Position numbers and translations under genes: made by a program. The notes beneath the pieces were generated by a model. The model was not told the origin of the DNA. It made no database searches and was given only the letters and a program-made list of their open reading frames with translations. Positions 10,389-19,595 of a stretch of DNA of 64,000 nt are shown piece by piece. How positions within the stretch are numbered: the stretch's first letter is position 1; each line of letters begins with the position of its first letter. The stretch covers positions 406,598-470,597 of the forward strand of contig CAVPUL010000002.1 of assembly GCA_963708875.1 (NCBI GenBank), in the 5' to 3' direction. The DNA is from an uncultured Actinomycetota bacterium. GTDB taxonomy: Bacteria > Actinomycetota > Actinomycetes > Propionibacteriales > Nocardioidaceae.

Positions 10389-11330
10389 TCAGGGTGTGGT
10401 GAGGCGCAGGCCGAGCACGCCGGGATAGAACGCGAACAAGATCGTCACCGGGAGCACGAAGAAGACGACGGGCGCCATCATCGCGATCTCCTTGCGGGCT
10501 GCTGTCTCGATGAGGAGCCGGCGTCCGGCCTCGCGTACGTCGGCAGCCTGGGCGTGGAGCACGTCGGCCAGGGGCGTCCCGCGCTCCATCGCGACCGTGA
10601 TGCCGGTGGCGAAGCGGGCGACGATCGGCAGGCCGGTCGAGCGGGCCAGCGACTCGAACGCCGAGCCGACGGGCTCGCCCGTACGCACCCGGGCCAGCAC
10701 GTGGGCGAGGTCCTCCGACAGGGCACCGTTGCTGCGCCGCACGACGCGATCGAGGGCGGACACGGGACTCTCCCCCGCCGCCACGGAGAGGGCGAGGAGC
10801 TCGGCGATCGTCGGGAACTCGGTGAGGACCTGGCGCTCGCGGTTCTTCACCTGGGTGCTGAGCCGGTTGTCGCGCAGGAACACGCCGCACGCCAGGCCGA
10901 GCAGGCAGAAGACCACCGCCGAACCGACTCCGCCCACGCCGCCGAGCGCCCGTAGGAGGCTGATGGCGGCGGCCGCGGCAAAGCCGACGAGGCCCCAGAC
11001 GACCTGTTCGATGCGGAACTCCTGCACGGTGCGGTCGAGCCCGGCTCGCTCGAGTCGCCGACGTACGGACGTGCTGCCGCCCAGCAGTCGCTCGACCACC
11101 TCTGCGGCCGAGCGGAGCACAGGGCCGAAGATCCCGGCCGCCGCGGACGTCGGCGACGAGGACACCGGACGGGCCAGCGGGCTGTGGTCACGCCGCGGCA
11201 CGTCGCGCACGTAGGGCAGGACGCGTGCGGCGAGCTGCGGCCGGCGCAGCACGTTGACCCGCAGGCCGACGAGCAGCAGGCCGCACCCGGCCACACCACC
11301 GAGCAGGGCACCCCACACCGCGGTGCTCAC
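10389..11330 (-). CDS. tadC: TadC / type II secretion system F family protein
   Basis: Start GTG 11330 overlaps the tadB stop (GTGA); ELLALSVAAGESPVSAL and ERGTPLADVL motifs. Confidence 0.9.
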   Translation of the reverse strand: MSTAVWGALLGGVAGCGLLLVGLRVNVLRRPQLAARVLPYVRDVPRRDHSPLARPVSSSPTSAAAGIFGPVLRSAAEVVERLLGGSTSVRRRLERAGLDRTVQEFRIEQVVWGLVGFAAAAAISLLRALGGVGGVGSAVVFCLLGLACGVFLRDNRLSTQVKNRERQVLTEFPTIAELLALSVAAGESPVSALDRVVRRSNGALSEDLAHVLARVRTGEPVGSAFESLARSTGLPIVARFATGITVAMERGTPLADVLHAQAADVREAGRRLLIETAARKEIAMMAPVVFFVLPVTILFAFYPGVLGLRLTTP

Positions 11331-12181
11331 GACAGGATCCGCTTCTCGACGGGCAGGCGGCCGATCCGCATCATCGCCACGTAGGCAAGGACGCAGACCC
11401 CGAACCCGATGCCCAGCACGATCACGCCGCCGGGCGAGGCGTAGCGCTGGATGGCCGTGGTCTGGAACGACATCAGCAGCAGCACGATCCACGGCGCGGC
11501 GACCGCGAGGCGGGCACCGTTGACGGTCCAGGCCTGCCGCGACTCCAGCTCGGAGCGGGTGCGCGCGTCGTCGCGCAGGAAGCCCGAGAGGTTGCGCAGC
11601 AGTCTTCCGAGGTCGCCGCCGCCGACCTCGCGGGCCAGCCGAAGCCCCTCGATCACGCGGTCCCCGACCGGGTCGGCGAGTCGGTCCTTGAGGCGGTCGA
11701 GGCACTCGCCGAAGCGACCGGTGACCTGGTAGTCGAGGGCGAACTGCCCGAAGTCGTGACGCAGCGCGTCCGGTCCGGACGTGCCGAGCGCGGCGACGGC
11801 ATCGGGAAGCGAGAGCCCAGCCCGTACGGCGCTGGCGAGGTTGTCGACCGCCTCGGGCCACACCTCAGCGAAGTCGCGGAGCCGCCGTGCAGCGCGCTGG
11901 CGCAGCACGGCGATCGGCACGTAGGCCGCCATCGCTGCGAAGACGAAGGCGACCGGCAAGGTCCGTGACACCGCCTGCACCAGCGCCAACGCCACCGCGA
12001 AGAGCACCACGCACAGGGACAGGACGCTGGCGGGCGTGACGTCGCTCAGGCCAGCCCGTCCGAGCAGGCGGCGCAGCGCGGACGACGTGGGCGTCTGCTG
12101 CTTCGGCGTCTGCGGCAGGGCGAACGCCGACCAGATGAGGAGAAGTCCGACACCGACACCCAGCCCGATCAAGGCACCCAT
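11327..12181 (-). CDS. tadB: TadB / type II secretion system F family protein
   Basis: Start ATG 12181 overlaps the cpaF stop (TGATG); WPEAVDNLASAVRAGLSL motif. Confidence 0.9.
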   Translation of the reverse strand: MGALIGLGVGVGLLLIWSAFALPQTPKQQTPTSSALRRLLGRAGLSDVTPASVLSLCVVLFAVALALVQAVSRTLPVAFVFAAMAAYVPIAVLRQRAARRLRDFAEVWPEAVDNLASAVRAGLSLPDAVAALGTSGPDALRHDFGQFALDYQVTGRFGECLDRLKDRLADPVGDRVIEGLRLAREVGGGDLGRLLRNLSGFLRDDARTRSELESRQAWTVNGARLAVAAPWIVLLLMSFQTTAIQRYASPGGVIVLGIGFGVCVLAYVAMMRIGRLPVEKRILS

Positions 12182-13476
12182 CAGTGATCGCCTGCCCCTG
12201 ACTGGGAGGCGAGGAGGGCGTGCACGTCGATGCCCACCCGCTCGTAGCGCTCGACGCGGGCCGGCACCCCGCCCGTGCGCCGCAGCTCCGCACCGTTGCG
12301 CACGAAGATGGGCTCGACCTCGATGACGTCGGCCTCCACCCGACCCGGCACCGAGACGATCTCGTTGACGCGGCGCACGCCGTCCGGACCCAGGCTGAGG
12401 TGCACGACGAGGTCGACCGAGGTCGCCACCGTCGGCACCACGAAGCGCGCCGAGATGTTGTCGCCCGCGAGCAGCGGGAGGGTGCACATCTTCACCAGCG
12501 CTTCACGCGCGCTGTTGGCGTGCAGGGTGCACATGCCGGGAAGGCCGGAGTTGAGCGCGAGCAGCAGGTCGAGGCACTCGGCGGCCCGCACCTCGCCCAC
12601 GAGGATGCGGCTGGGCCGCATCCGCAGCGCCTCCTTCACGAGGTCGCGCAGCACGATCTCGCCGGTCTGCTCGAGCCCGGCCTGCCGGGTCTGCATCGCC
12701 ACCCAGTCGGGATGGCTGAAACGAAGCTCGAAGACCTCCTCGGCACTGACCACGCGCTCGCCACCGGGCACGGAGGCGGCCAGGCAGTTGAGCATCGTCG
12801 TCTTCCCGGCTTGCGTGCCGCCGGCGACGAGGATGTTGAGCCCGGCGCGGACCGACGCCTCGAGGAACGAGGCAGCCTGCGGCGTGAGCGTGCCCAACGA
12901 CACCAGGTCCGAGAGCCGGTGCGCGCGGAGCAGGAACTTGCGGATGTTGACAGCGGTGAAGCCTCGGGTGATGCCCTCCAGCACGACGTGGAGGCGATGA
13001 CCCTCGGGCAGCATCGCGTCGACGAACGGCGTGCTGATGTCGAGGCGTCGCCCGCTCGACTTGAGCATCCGCTCGACCAGCTCGTTGACCTGGGCGGTGT
13101 CGAGGCGGAGGTTGGTGAGCTCGTGGCGACCGCGGCGCGCGATGAACACCCGCTCCGGGGAGTTGATCCACACCTCCTCGACCTCAGGGTCGTCGAGGAA
13201 CGGCTGCAGCGGACCGAAGCCCGAGATCCGGGCGACCAGCTCGCCCACCATCGCGCCGTCGTCGGCGATCGGTGCGACGGCGCCGGTGAGGCTCAGGTCG
13301 TCGTGCTCGCGGACGACGTCCTCGGCGATGCGGCGTACGACGAGGGCCTCGCGCTGCGGGTCGACACCCTCGCGGCGGACCCGCTCGCGCACCTGGCCGT
13401 CGAGCCGCTCGACCAGGTCGTCGTGGGCGTGCGCCGTCGACGCCGGTCGATCCATCGCCAGACGGTCCAGTGCCAT
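12181..13476 (-). CDS. cpaF: CpaF/TadA pilus assembly ATPase
   Basis: Walker A GGTQAGKT, LRMRPSRILVGEVR, and TLHANS motifs. Confidence 0.95.
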   Translation of the reverse strand: MALDRLAMDRPASTAHAHDDLVERLDGQVRERVRREGVDPQREALVVRRIAEDVVREHDDLSLTGAVAPIADDGAMVGELVARISGFGPLQPFLDDPEVEEVWINSPERVFIARRGRHELTNLRLDTAQVNELVERMLKSSGRRLDISTPFVDAMLPEGHRLHVVLEGITRGFTAVNIRKFLLRAHRLSDLVSLGTLTPQAASFLEASVRAGLNILVAGGTQAGKTTMLNCLAASVPGGERVVSAEEVFELRFSHPDWVAMQTRQAGLEQTGEIVLRDLVKEALRMRPSRILVGEVRAAECLDLLLALNSGLPGMCTLHANSAREALVKMCTLPLLAGDNISARFVVPTVATSVDLVVHLSLGPDGVRRVNEIVSVPGRVEADVIEVEPIFVRNGAELRRTGGVPARVERYERVGIDVHALLASQSGAGDH

Positions 13477-13550
13477 GGGTGCCTGCTTCCCCGAGATGTT
13501 GCGTCTCGGACGTTACCCAGAGCAGGCGGGACAAAAACAGAGGTCAGGTA

Positions 13551-13568
13551 AAGGTTGTGGACAACCTT
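13551..13568. promoter_or_regulatory. Palindrome containing a consensus DnaA box upstream of the tad operon
   Basis: AAGGTTGT-gg-ACAACCTT; the minus strand at 13556-13564 reads TTGTCCACA. Confidence 0.5.
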
Positions 13569-13574
13569 CACCCG

Positions 13575-14318
13575 TCAGACCCGGGTGCGGCCGACCTCCG
13601 TGCCGTCTTCGGCGTAGCCGATCAGCACGGTCGGCCCGGTGTCATCACCGCGGCCGACGAACCATCCGTAGAACCGACCCTCGAACAGCACCACTTCGTA
13701 CGGGGCTCCGTCCGACGTACGCGCGACGGCTCGCGCGGCAGGCCCGGCCGAGATGCTGAAGACCCGGACGTCCTGCTCGCCGAGGAGGCCGGGCTGGCGC
13801 TGCACGTCCTCGGCTGCCATGTCGCCGAAGCGCGCGTCGGCCGGCGGGGCCGGGGCGCAGTAGCTGCCGTTGGCGTCGACGAACTCGCGCGGGACCGGCG
13901 CCGCCGTGCTGGTGCGGGTCTCGAAGAGCGCGGCCACGCAGGAGAATCCGTCCTGGCCGGGCGCCGACACCAGGGTGAAGAGGGTCCGGCCAGGACCTGC
14001 GGCGGTCGCGACGCGCTCCGCCGTCGCCGGGTCGATCGCCTGTGTGCCGGGCTCGCTCTCGGACGAGACGATCCCCCAGCCACTGAAGGCGTCGGTGAAC
14101 GACTGCGGCGACCAGCCGGCGGCGGTCGCCGCACCGGCGCCGAGCAGCCCGACCCCGAGCGCGGCGCCGACGACGCTTCCGACGCGGTGCTTCCGTCGGG
14201 CGGGTTGCGGGAGCGGTGTCGCCAGGATGCTGGCGAGCGCGTCGCGGGACCAGTCCTCGTCGAGCTCGGTCGATCGGGGACGGAGGGCGTCGACGGTGGT
14301 CATCAGGTCGCGGGTCAT
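13575..14318 (-). CDS. Single-pass membrane protein, probable anti-sigma factor
   Basis: Start ATG 14318 overlaps the ECF sigma stop; short N-terminal domain, a TM segment, then an extracytoplasmic domain with two Cys. Confidence 0.65.
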   Translation of the reverse strand: MTRDLMTTVDALRPRSTELDEDWSRDALASILATPLPQPARRKHRVGSVVGAALGVGLLGAGAATAAGWSPQSFTDAFSGWGIVSSESEPGTQAIDPATAERVATAAGPGRTLFTLVSAPGQDGFSCVAALFETRTSTAAPVPREFVDANGSYCAPAPPADARFGDMAAEDVQRQPGLLGEQDVRVFSISAGPAARAVARTSDGAPYEVVLFEGRFYGWFVGRGDDTGPTVLIGYAEDGTEVGRTRV

Positions 14319-14872
14319 GGGAGCTCCTGGGAGGCGACGGGCAGGGAGAGGTGAGGATCGAGGTGGCGCGCCCACGGGCTCGGGCGGTCGTCGGACAGGG
14401 CGTCGAGTGCGGCACGAGCGCGGCTCGTACGACGTCGGAAGGCGGCGGGCCGGATGCCCAGGACTGCGGCCGCCTGCTCCGTGGTGAGCCCGTCCCAGCT
14501 GACCAGGAGGAGCGCCTCGCGGTGCTGCTCGGTGAGACGCGCCAGTCGTTCCAGTGCCTCCTGGCGGCCCAACGCCCCCTCGAGCGAGTCCGGCTGGCTG
14601 GTCGCGACCTCGCCGAGGAGGACGATCCTGTCGGCGAGGGCCCGCTGGCGCCGCGCCGAGCGGTGCTGGTTGCCCATCACCTGGCGTGCGGTGACCAGGA
14701 GCCACGCGATCGCCGGATCGGGGACGTCGTCCCACCGGCGCCAGGCGGCCAGGAAGGTCTCCGAGACGACGTCGTGCGCGTCGTGGCTGCCGACGTGGCG
14801 TCGGGCGTACGCCATCACCCGCGGCGCGTCGTCGCGCCAACATCCGGTGAAGCGCTCCTGGTGGGTGCTCAT
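14315..14872 (-). CDS. ECF sigma-70 factor
   Basis: Region 2 (DAHDVVSETFLAAWRR) and region 4 (REALLLVSWDGLTTEQAAAVLG). Confidence 0.92.
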   Translation of the reverse strand: MSTHQERFTGCWRDDAPRVMAYARRHVGSHDAHDVVSETFLAAWRRWDDVPDPAIAWLLVTARQVMGNQHRSARRQRALADRIVLLGEVATSQPDSLEGALGRQEALERLARLTEQHREALLLVSWDGLTTEQAAAVLGIRPAAFRRRTSRARAALDALSDDRPSPWARHLDPHLSLPVASQELP

Positions 14873-14924
14873 GACTCGTAGTGTCCGACAACCCGACGGA
14901 TGTGACCGGACGCCGAGCGCCGGT

Positions 14925-15558
14925 TCAGAGAGCCGGCCAGGTGCCTCGGGCCCCGAGCCCGCGATCGATGCCCAGCAGCATCGTCGTCAGCGCCGCGTCG
15001 CGCTCCTCGGCCGGGAGTCCCCTGAGTGGGCCTTCCACGTTGAGCACGGAGAACCCGTGCACGGCGGCCCAGCACGTGACATCGGCGCCCACCCGGTCGG
15101 CGGACGGGAGGTAGCCCACTGCGACCAGCTCGTCGAGCGCGGCGTTGAGCATGCCGTAGGGATCGTCACCCGAGGCGCCGTCCTTGCCCTCCGGCGGCGC
15201 GGGGTAGGCGGTGAACAGGAGCCGGAAGAGCCCGCTCTCGGCCAGCGCGAACTCGACGTAGCCCCTCCCGATCGCCACCAGCCGACGCCGGGCGGCGGTC
15301 ACCGGATCGGCCTCGTCCACGCCGTCCAGACGTCGGTGGATCCGCGTCCACCAGGCCCGCGAGCGCCCGTTCGGCGGCCACGTCGACGAGGGCCTCGCGG
15401 TCGGCGAAGTGGCGGTAGGCCGCGGCGTGGGAGACCCCGACCCGACGGGCCAGCTCGCGCAGCGACAGCGACTCGGGACCGCCCTCGCGCACCACGTCGA
15501 CGGCGGCCTCGACGAGGGCGTCGCGCAGGTTGCCGTGGTGGTACGGGGTGGTCGACAC
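14925..15558 (-). pseudogene. TetR/AcrR family regulator (WHG-type C-terminus), frameshifted as assembled
   Basis: YHHGNLRDAL HTH in one frame and AIGRGYVEFALAESGLF...WAAVHGF in another. Removing one base at 15342-15343 restores ...GLVDAIHRRLDG.... Confidence 0.85.
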
Positions 15559-15573
15559 GCTCACAGCCTAGTC

Positions 15574-15628
15574 GATGTTGACAGCGGTAACACTTCGGGT
15601 GCAGGCTGATGTTACCGCCGACAACATC
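15574..15628. promoter_or_regulatory. Two TetR operator-like imperfect palindromes
   Basis: GATGTTGACAGCGGTAACAC (15574-15593) and GATGTTACCGCCGACAACATC (15608-15628) are near reverse complements of each other and lie between divergent tetR and MFS genes. Confidence 0.65.
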
Positions 15629-15646
15629 GCCCGACCGGAGTCTCTC

Positions 15647-17173
15647 GTGAATCGCAAAGCCGCCATCCTCGCGACCGTCTGCATGGCCGCGCTGACCATC
15701 AACCTCGACACCACGATCGTCAACGTGGCCCTGCCGAGCCTCGCCCGCGAGCTCGACGCCGACACCAGCGACCTGCTGTGGGTCGTCGACGGCTACAACC
15801 TCGCCTTCGCCTCGCTCGTCCTGGCGATGGGCAGCCTCAGCGACCGGTTCGGCCGGCGCCCGGCCCTGGTCGTCGGCCTCGCGTCGTTCGCGATCAGCAG
15901 CGGCCTGGCCGCGCTGGTCGACAGCGTCGAGGCACTCATCGCGCTCCGGGTCGCGATGGGCATGAGTGCCGCCCTGATCTTCCCCACGACCCTGTCGGTC
16001 ATCGCCAACGCCTTCACCGAGCGGCGCGAGCGCGCGACCGCCCTCGGGATCTGGGGCGCCGCGGTCGGGATGGGCGTCGCCCTCGGGCCCATCACCGGCG
16101 GCTTCCTGCTCGAGCACTTCAGCTGGCACAGCGTCTTCTGGGCGCTCGTGCCGATCGGTCTCGTGGCGATCGCGATGACCCTGGCCTTCGTCCCGGAGTC
16201 GCGCGACCCCGGCGTGCCCCCGCTCGACCTGCCGGGTCTCGCGCTCTCGGTCGCCATGCTCGGCACGCTCACCTGGACCATCATCGAGGCGCCCGACCAC
16301 GGCTGGAGCTCGGTCACCACGATCAGCGGGTTCACCGCCGCAGCGGTCCTCGCCCTGGTCTTCGTCCTGGTCGAGCGTGCGGCCGAGCACCCGATGCTCG
16401 ACGTCACGCTGTTCCTCGACCGCCGGTTCAGCGCCGCCTGCGCGTCGGTGACGATCGCGTTCTTCGCCCTCTTCGGCTTCATCTTCCTGATCACGCAGTT
16501 CTTCCAGTTCCTGCGCGACTACTCAGCCCTCGGCACCGGCGTACGGATCCTGCCCGTCGCGATCTCCATCGCCGTCGCCTCGGTCGCGGGCGGCCAGCTC
16601 GCGCCTCGCATCGGCACGAAGAGCGTCGTCGGCACCGGCCTGGCGATGCTCGGCACGTCGTTCCTGTGGATCTCGACGATGGACATCGACGTCTCGTACG
16701 CCACGACGATCGTGCCGCAGATGGTGCTGATGGGCCTCGGCCTGGGCCTCATCACCACCCCGGCGACCGAGTCGATCATGCAGGTGCTTCCGCCGGCACG
16801 TGCCGGCGTCGGGTCGGCGGTCAACGACGCGACGCGCGAGCTCGGTGGCACGCTCGGCGTCGCCGTCGTCGGGTCGCTCTTCGCATCGCTGTACGGCGCC
16901 AAGCTGGTCGAGCTGCTCGACGGACGGCTCGACCCCGCGACGCTCGAGGCGGCCCGCGGGTCCGTCGGCTTCACCGATGCGCTCGCGGCCCAGGTCCCCG
17001 GCGTCACGGCAGCGATGGAGACGGCCTTCATGGACGGGCTGTCGCGCGGCAGCCTGGTGATCGGCGTGATGTGCCTGGTGGGCTCGGCCTTCGCCTGGGC
17101 GGTGCTGCCCGGCGACCGCTACGACCCGCTGGCCGAGGCGGAGCTGGTGGCGAGCGACCCGGTCACCGTGTGA
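15647..17173 (+). CDS. MFS transporter, DHA2 (EmrB/QacA) family
   Basis: About 14 TM segments; DTTIVNVALP and GSLSDRFGRR (motif A); probable start GTG 15647. Confidence 0.93.
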   Translation: MNRKAAILATVCMAALTINLDTTIVNVALPSLARELDADTSDLLWVVDGYNLAFASLVLAMGSLSDRFGRRPALVVGLASFAISSGLAALVDSVEALIALRVAMGMSAALIFPTTLSVIANAFTERRERATALGIWGAAVGMGVALGPITGGFLLEHFSWHSVFWALVPIGLVAIAMTLAFVPESRDPGVPPLDLPGLALSVAMLGTLTWTIIEAPDHGWSSVTTISGFTAAAVLALVFVLVERAAEHPMLDVTLFLDRRFSAACASVTIAFFALFGFIFLITQFFQFLRDYSALGTGVRILPVAISIAVASVAGGQLAPRIGTKSVVGTGLAMLGTSFLWISTMDIDVSYATTIVPQMVLMGLGLGLITTPATESIMQVLPPARAGVGSAVNDATRELGGTLGVAVVGSLFASLYGAKLVELLDGRLDPATLEAARGSVGFTDALAAQVPGVTAAMETAFMDGLSRGSLVIGVMCLVGSAFAWAVLPGDRYDPLAEAELVASDPVTV

Positions 17174-17711
17174 GCCACTCGTCGCGGGTGACGCGGTAGA
17201 GCAGGCTCTCCCCCTCGTACCAGGGATCGGGCTGCCGCCCGACGAACGGCAGGCCGAGCCGAGCCGCCACGTGGGCCGACGCAGCGTTGTCGACGTACAT
17301 CCCGCACCACACGTCCGGCAGGCCACGCGCGAAGACGTCGTCGAGCAGGGCGCGAGCGGCCTCCGTCGCGTAGCCCCGGCCGACGGAGTCCGGGTGGAGC
17401 CACCAGCCCACCTCGTACTCACCGACGAAGAGCCCGGTGTCGAGGCGGTGGGCGCGAGCGACCGACACCTTCCCCACGACGACACCCGTCTCGCGTACGA
17501 CGATCGCACGCGCCACGTCGAACGGGTCGACCTCCTCGCGGCGACGGCACCCGTCGATCCATTCCCGCGCCTCGTCGAGGTCCACCATCGGCACGGGTCG
17601 GCCCAGCCAGCGGAAGACCTCGGGGAGGCTGAGGATGTCGAGGACGCGCGGCGCGTCGTCGGCGACGTAGGGCCTCAGGACGAGGCGGTCGGTCTCCAGC
17701 GTGCGGGTCAG
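17163..17711 (-). CDS. GNAT N-acetyltransferase, RimJ/RimL type (start codon uncertain)
   Basis: EVGWWLHPDSVGRGYATEAA motif. The frame extends upstream of GTG 17594 to LTRTLETDRLVLRPY, beginning at CTG 17711. Confidence 0.85.
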   Translation of the reverse strand: MTRTLETDRLVLRPYVADDAPRVLDILSLPEVFRWLGRPVPMVDLDEAREWIDGCRRREEVDPFDVARAIVVRETGVVVGKVSVARAHRLDTGLFVGEYEVGWWLHPDSVGRGYATEAARALLDDVFARGLPDVWCGMYVDNAASAHVAARLGLPFVGRQPDPWYEGESLLYRVTRDEWLTR

Positions 17712-18403
17712 GCCGGGCTGCCCGTCTCGAGCCGGAAGCCGACGCCGCGGATCGCGACCACGCGCTCCCCCGCATCAGCGGCCTCGAGCTTGCTGCGCAG
17801 GCGCCCGATCGTGACGTCGAGCGTCTTCGTCGAGCCGTACCAGTTCTGGTCCCACACCTGGTTCATCAGCGTCTCGCGCGGCACGACCTTGTCGTGGTGG
17901 GAGGCGAGGACGGCCAGGACGTCGAACTCCTTGGCGGTCAGCGCGACCTCGCGCTCGCCGAGGTGGACGCGGCGCGAGGCGGCGTCGATCTTGAGCCCCG
18001 ACGCCGTCGTGACAGTGGTGTCGCCGTCGACGACGACGGCGCTGCGGCGCAGCAGCGCGCGCACGCGGGCGAGGAGCTCGGCGAGGCCGAAGGGCTTGGC
18101 GAGGTAGTCGTCGGCGCCGACGTCGAGGCCGACCACGCGGTCGAGCTCGCCGGCACGGGCGGTGACCATGATGATGCCGCCCGTGTAGCCACCTGAGCGC
18201 ATCTGCCGGCAGACGTCGATGCCGTCCATGTCGGGCAGGCCCAGGTCGAGGATGACGACGGCGGGAGCCTCGGCGACGACGAACTCCACCGCCTTGGCTC
18301 CACTCGACACACGACTGACCGCGTAGCCCTCCCGCTCGAGGGTGCGCATGAGTGGGACGGCGATGTCTTCCTCGTCCTCAACCACCAACACGTCGTGCGC
18401 CAT
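17708..18403 (-). CDS. OmpR family response regulator with no adjacent kinase
   Basis: VLVVEDE, ILDLGLPDMDG, GADDYLAKPF and winged-helix TLDVTIGRLRSKL motifs. Confidence 0.95.
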   Translation of the reverse strand: MAHDVLVVEDEEDIAVPLMRTLEREGYAVSRVSSGAKAVEFVVAEAPAVVILDLGLPDMDGIDVCRQMRSGGYTGGIIMVTARAGELDRVVGLDVGADDYLAKPFGLAELLARVRALLRRSAVVVDGDTTVTTASGLKIDAASRRVHLGEREVALTAKEFDVLAVLASHHDKVVPRETLMNQVWDQNWYGSTKTLDVTIGRLRSKLEAADAGERVVAIRGVGFRLETGSPA

Positions 18404-18425
18404 GCAAGCGAGCATAGATGCAGGG

Positions 18426-18572
18426 TCAGCGACTGGTGGGTTGAATGCCCATGTCGAGGATCGGGGCGACCACCGTCTTCGACGGCGCAGCCGGTGCCTG
18501 CTCGCCCGGCCCGACGACGACGGCGCCGGCGGCCAGCAGCACGGCGATCGGGATCAGAAGGATGCGGGACAT
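18426..18572 (-). CDS. Putative 48-aa secreted or membrane-anchored peptide
   Basis: MSRILLIPIAVLLAAGAVVVGPGEQAPAAPSKTVVAPILDMGIQPTSR*; signal-peptide-like N-terminus; below the ORF-track length cutoff. Confidence 0.45.
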   Translation of the reverse strand: MSRILLIPIAVLLAAGAVVVGPGEQAPAAPSKTVVAPILDMGIQPTSR

Positions 18573-18689
18573 GTGTCAAGGATCAGTTGCGTCCTTCCAC
18601 ACCAGACCCTCACAACAGTCACACAAGGGAAAAGATCCGGGCGTCACCGGGCACAGTCGGGGGTCGGGGGCTCTGCTCCTGGGACGAGG

Positions 18690-19595
18690 TCACGCCTCGA
18701 AGACGTCCCCCAGCTCCGCGACTCGTTCCAACACCTGGGCAAGCGTGAACTGGTCGAGCGCGAGCTCGTCCTCGGCTCCTTCCTCGACCTCCTCCCACGT
18801 CAGCGGGGTCGCGACGGTGGGGCGCTCCTTGCCGCGCAGGGAGTACGGCGACACGGTCGTCTTGGACCCGGAGTTCTGCGACCAGTCGAGGAAGACCTTG
18901 CCCGGGCGCTTCGCCTTGGTCATCACGCTCGTGACCAGGTCGCCACGCTCCTTCTGCAGCGTCTCGGCCACCTCCTTGGCCAGTGCCGTGGTGCCCTCGC
19001 TGTCGAGGCTGTCGTCCCCTGTGTCCGGCATGGCGGCGTAGAGGTGGAGGCCCTTGCTGCCGCTCGTCACCGGCGTACAGCCCAGGTCGCGCTCGGCCAG
19101 CGCGTCGCGCACCATCAGCGCCACCTGCGCGCACTCGTGCAGTCCGGCGGGTTCGCCCGGGTCGAGGTCGATGACCAGCCGGTCGGGGTGGCGCGGGGTG
19201 CCGTCCTCCTCGACGGTCCACTGGTGGACGTGCAGCTCGAGGGCGGCGAGGTTGGCCAGCCAGGTGAGGGTGGCGAGGTCGTCGCAGATGGGGAAGCGGA
19301 TCGTGGTGTCGCCCTTGCCCGAGCGCGAGCCGGTCGTCGGGACCTCGACCGTACGCACCCAGGACGGCGTGCCGGCCGGTGCGTTCTTCTCGAAGAAGCT
19401 CGCCTTCTCCACCCCGTGCGGCCATCGGATCCGGGTGACGGCGCGGTCGACGAGGTGGGGCAGCAGCACCGGCGAGACCTGCGCGTAGTAGTTCAGCACC
19501 TCGCCCTTGGTCGTGCCCGTGCGCGGGTAGAGCACCTTGTCGAGGTTGCTGATCGTGAGGGTGCGGCCCTCGACGTCCACCTGCAGCTCTGTCAT
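18690..19595 (-). CDS. NHEJ primase-polymerase (stand-alone LigD POL domain)
   Basis: ISNLDKVLYP, FFEKNAP, DRLVIDLDPG, TSGSKGLHL and YSLRG motifs. Confidence 0.92.
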   Translation of the reverse strand: MTELQVDVEGRTLTISNLDKVLYPRTGTTKGEVLNYYAQVSPVLLPHLVDRAVTRIRWPHGVEKASFFEKNAPAGTPSWVRTVEVPTTGSRSGKGDTTIRFPICDDLATLTWLANLAALELHVHQWTVEEDGTPRHPDRLVIDLDPGEPAGLHECAQVALMVRDALAERDLGCTPVTSGSKGLHLYAAMPDTGDDSLDSEGTTALAKEVAETLQKERGDLVTSVMTKAKRPGKVFLDWSQNSGSKTTVSPYSLRGKERPTVATPLTWEEVEEGAEDELALDQFTLAQVLERVAELGDVFEA

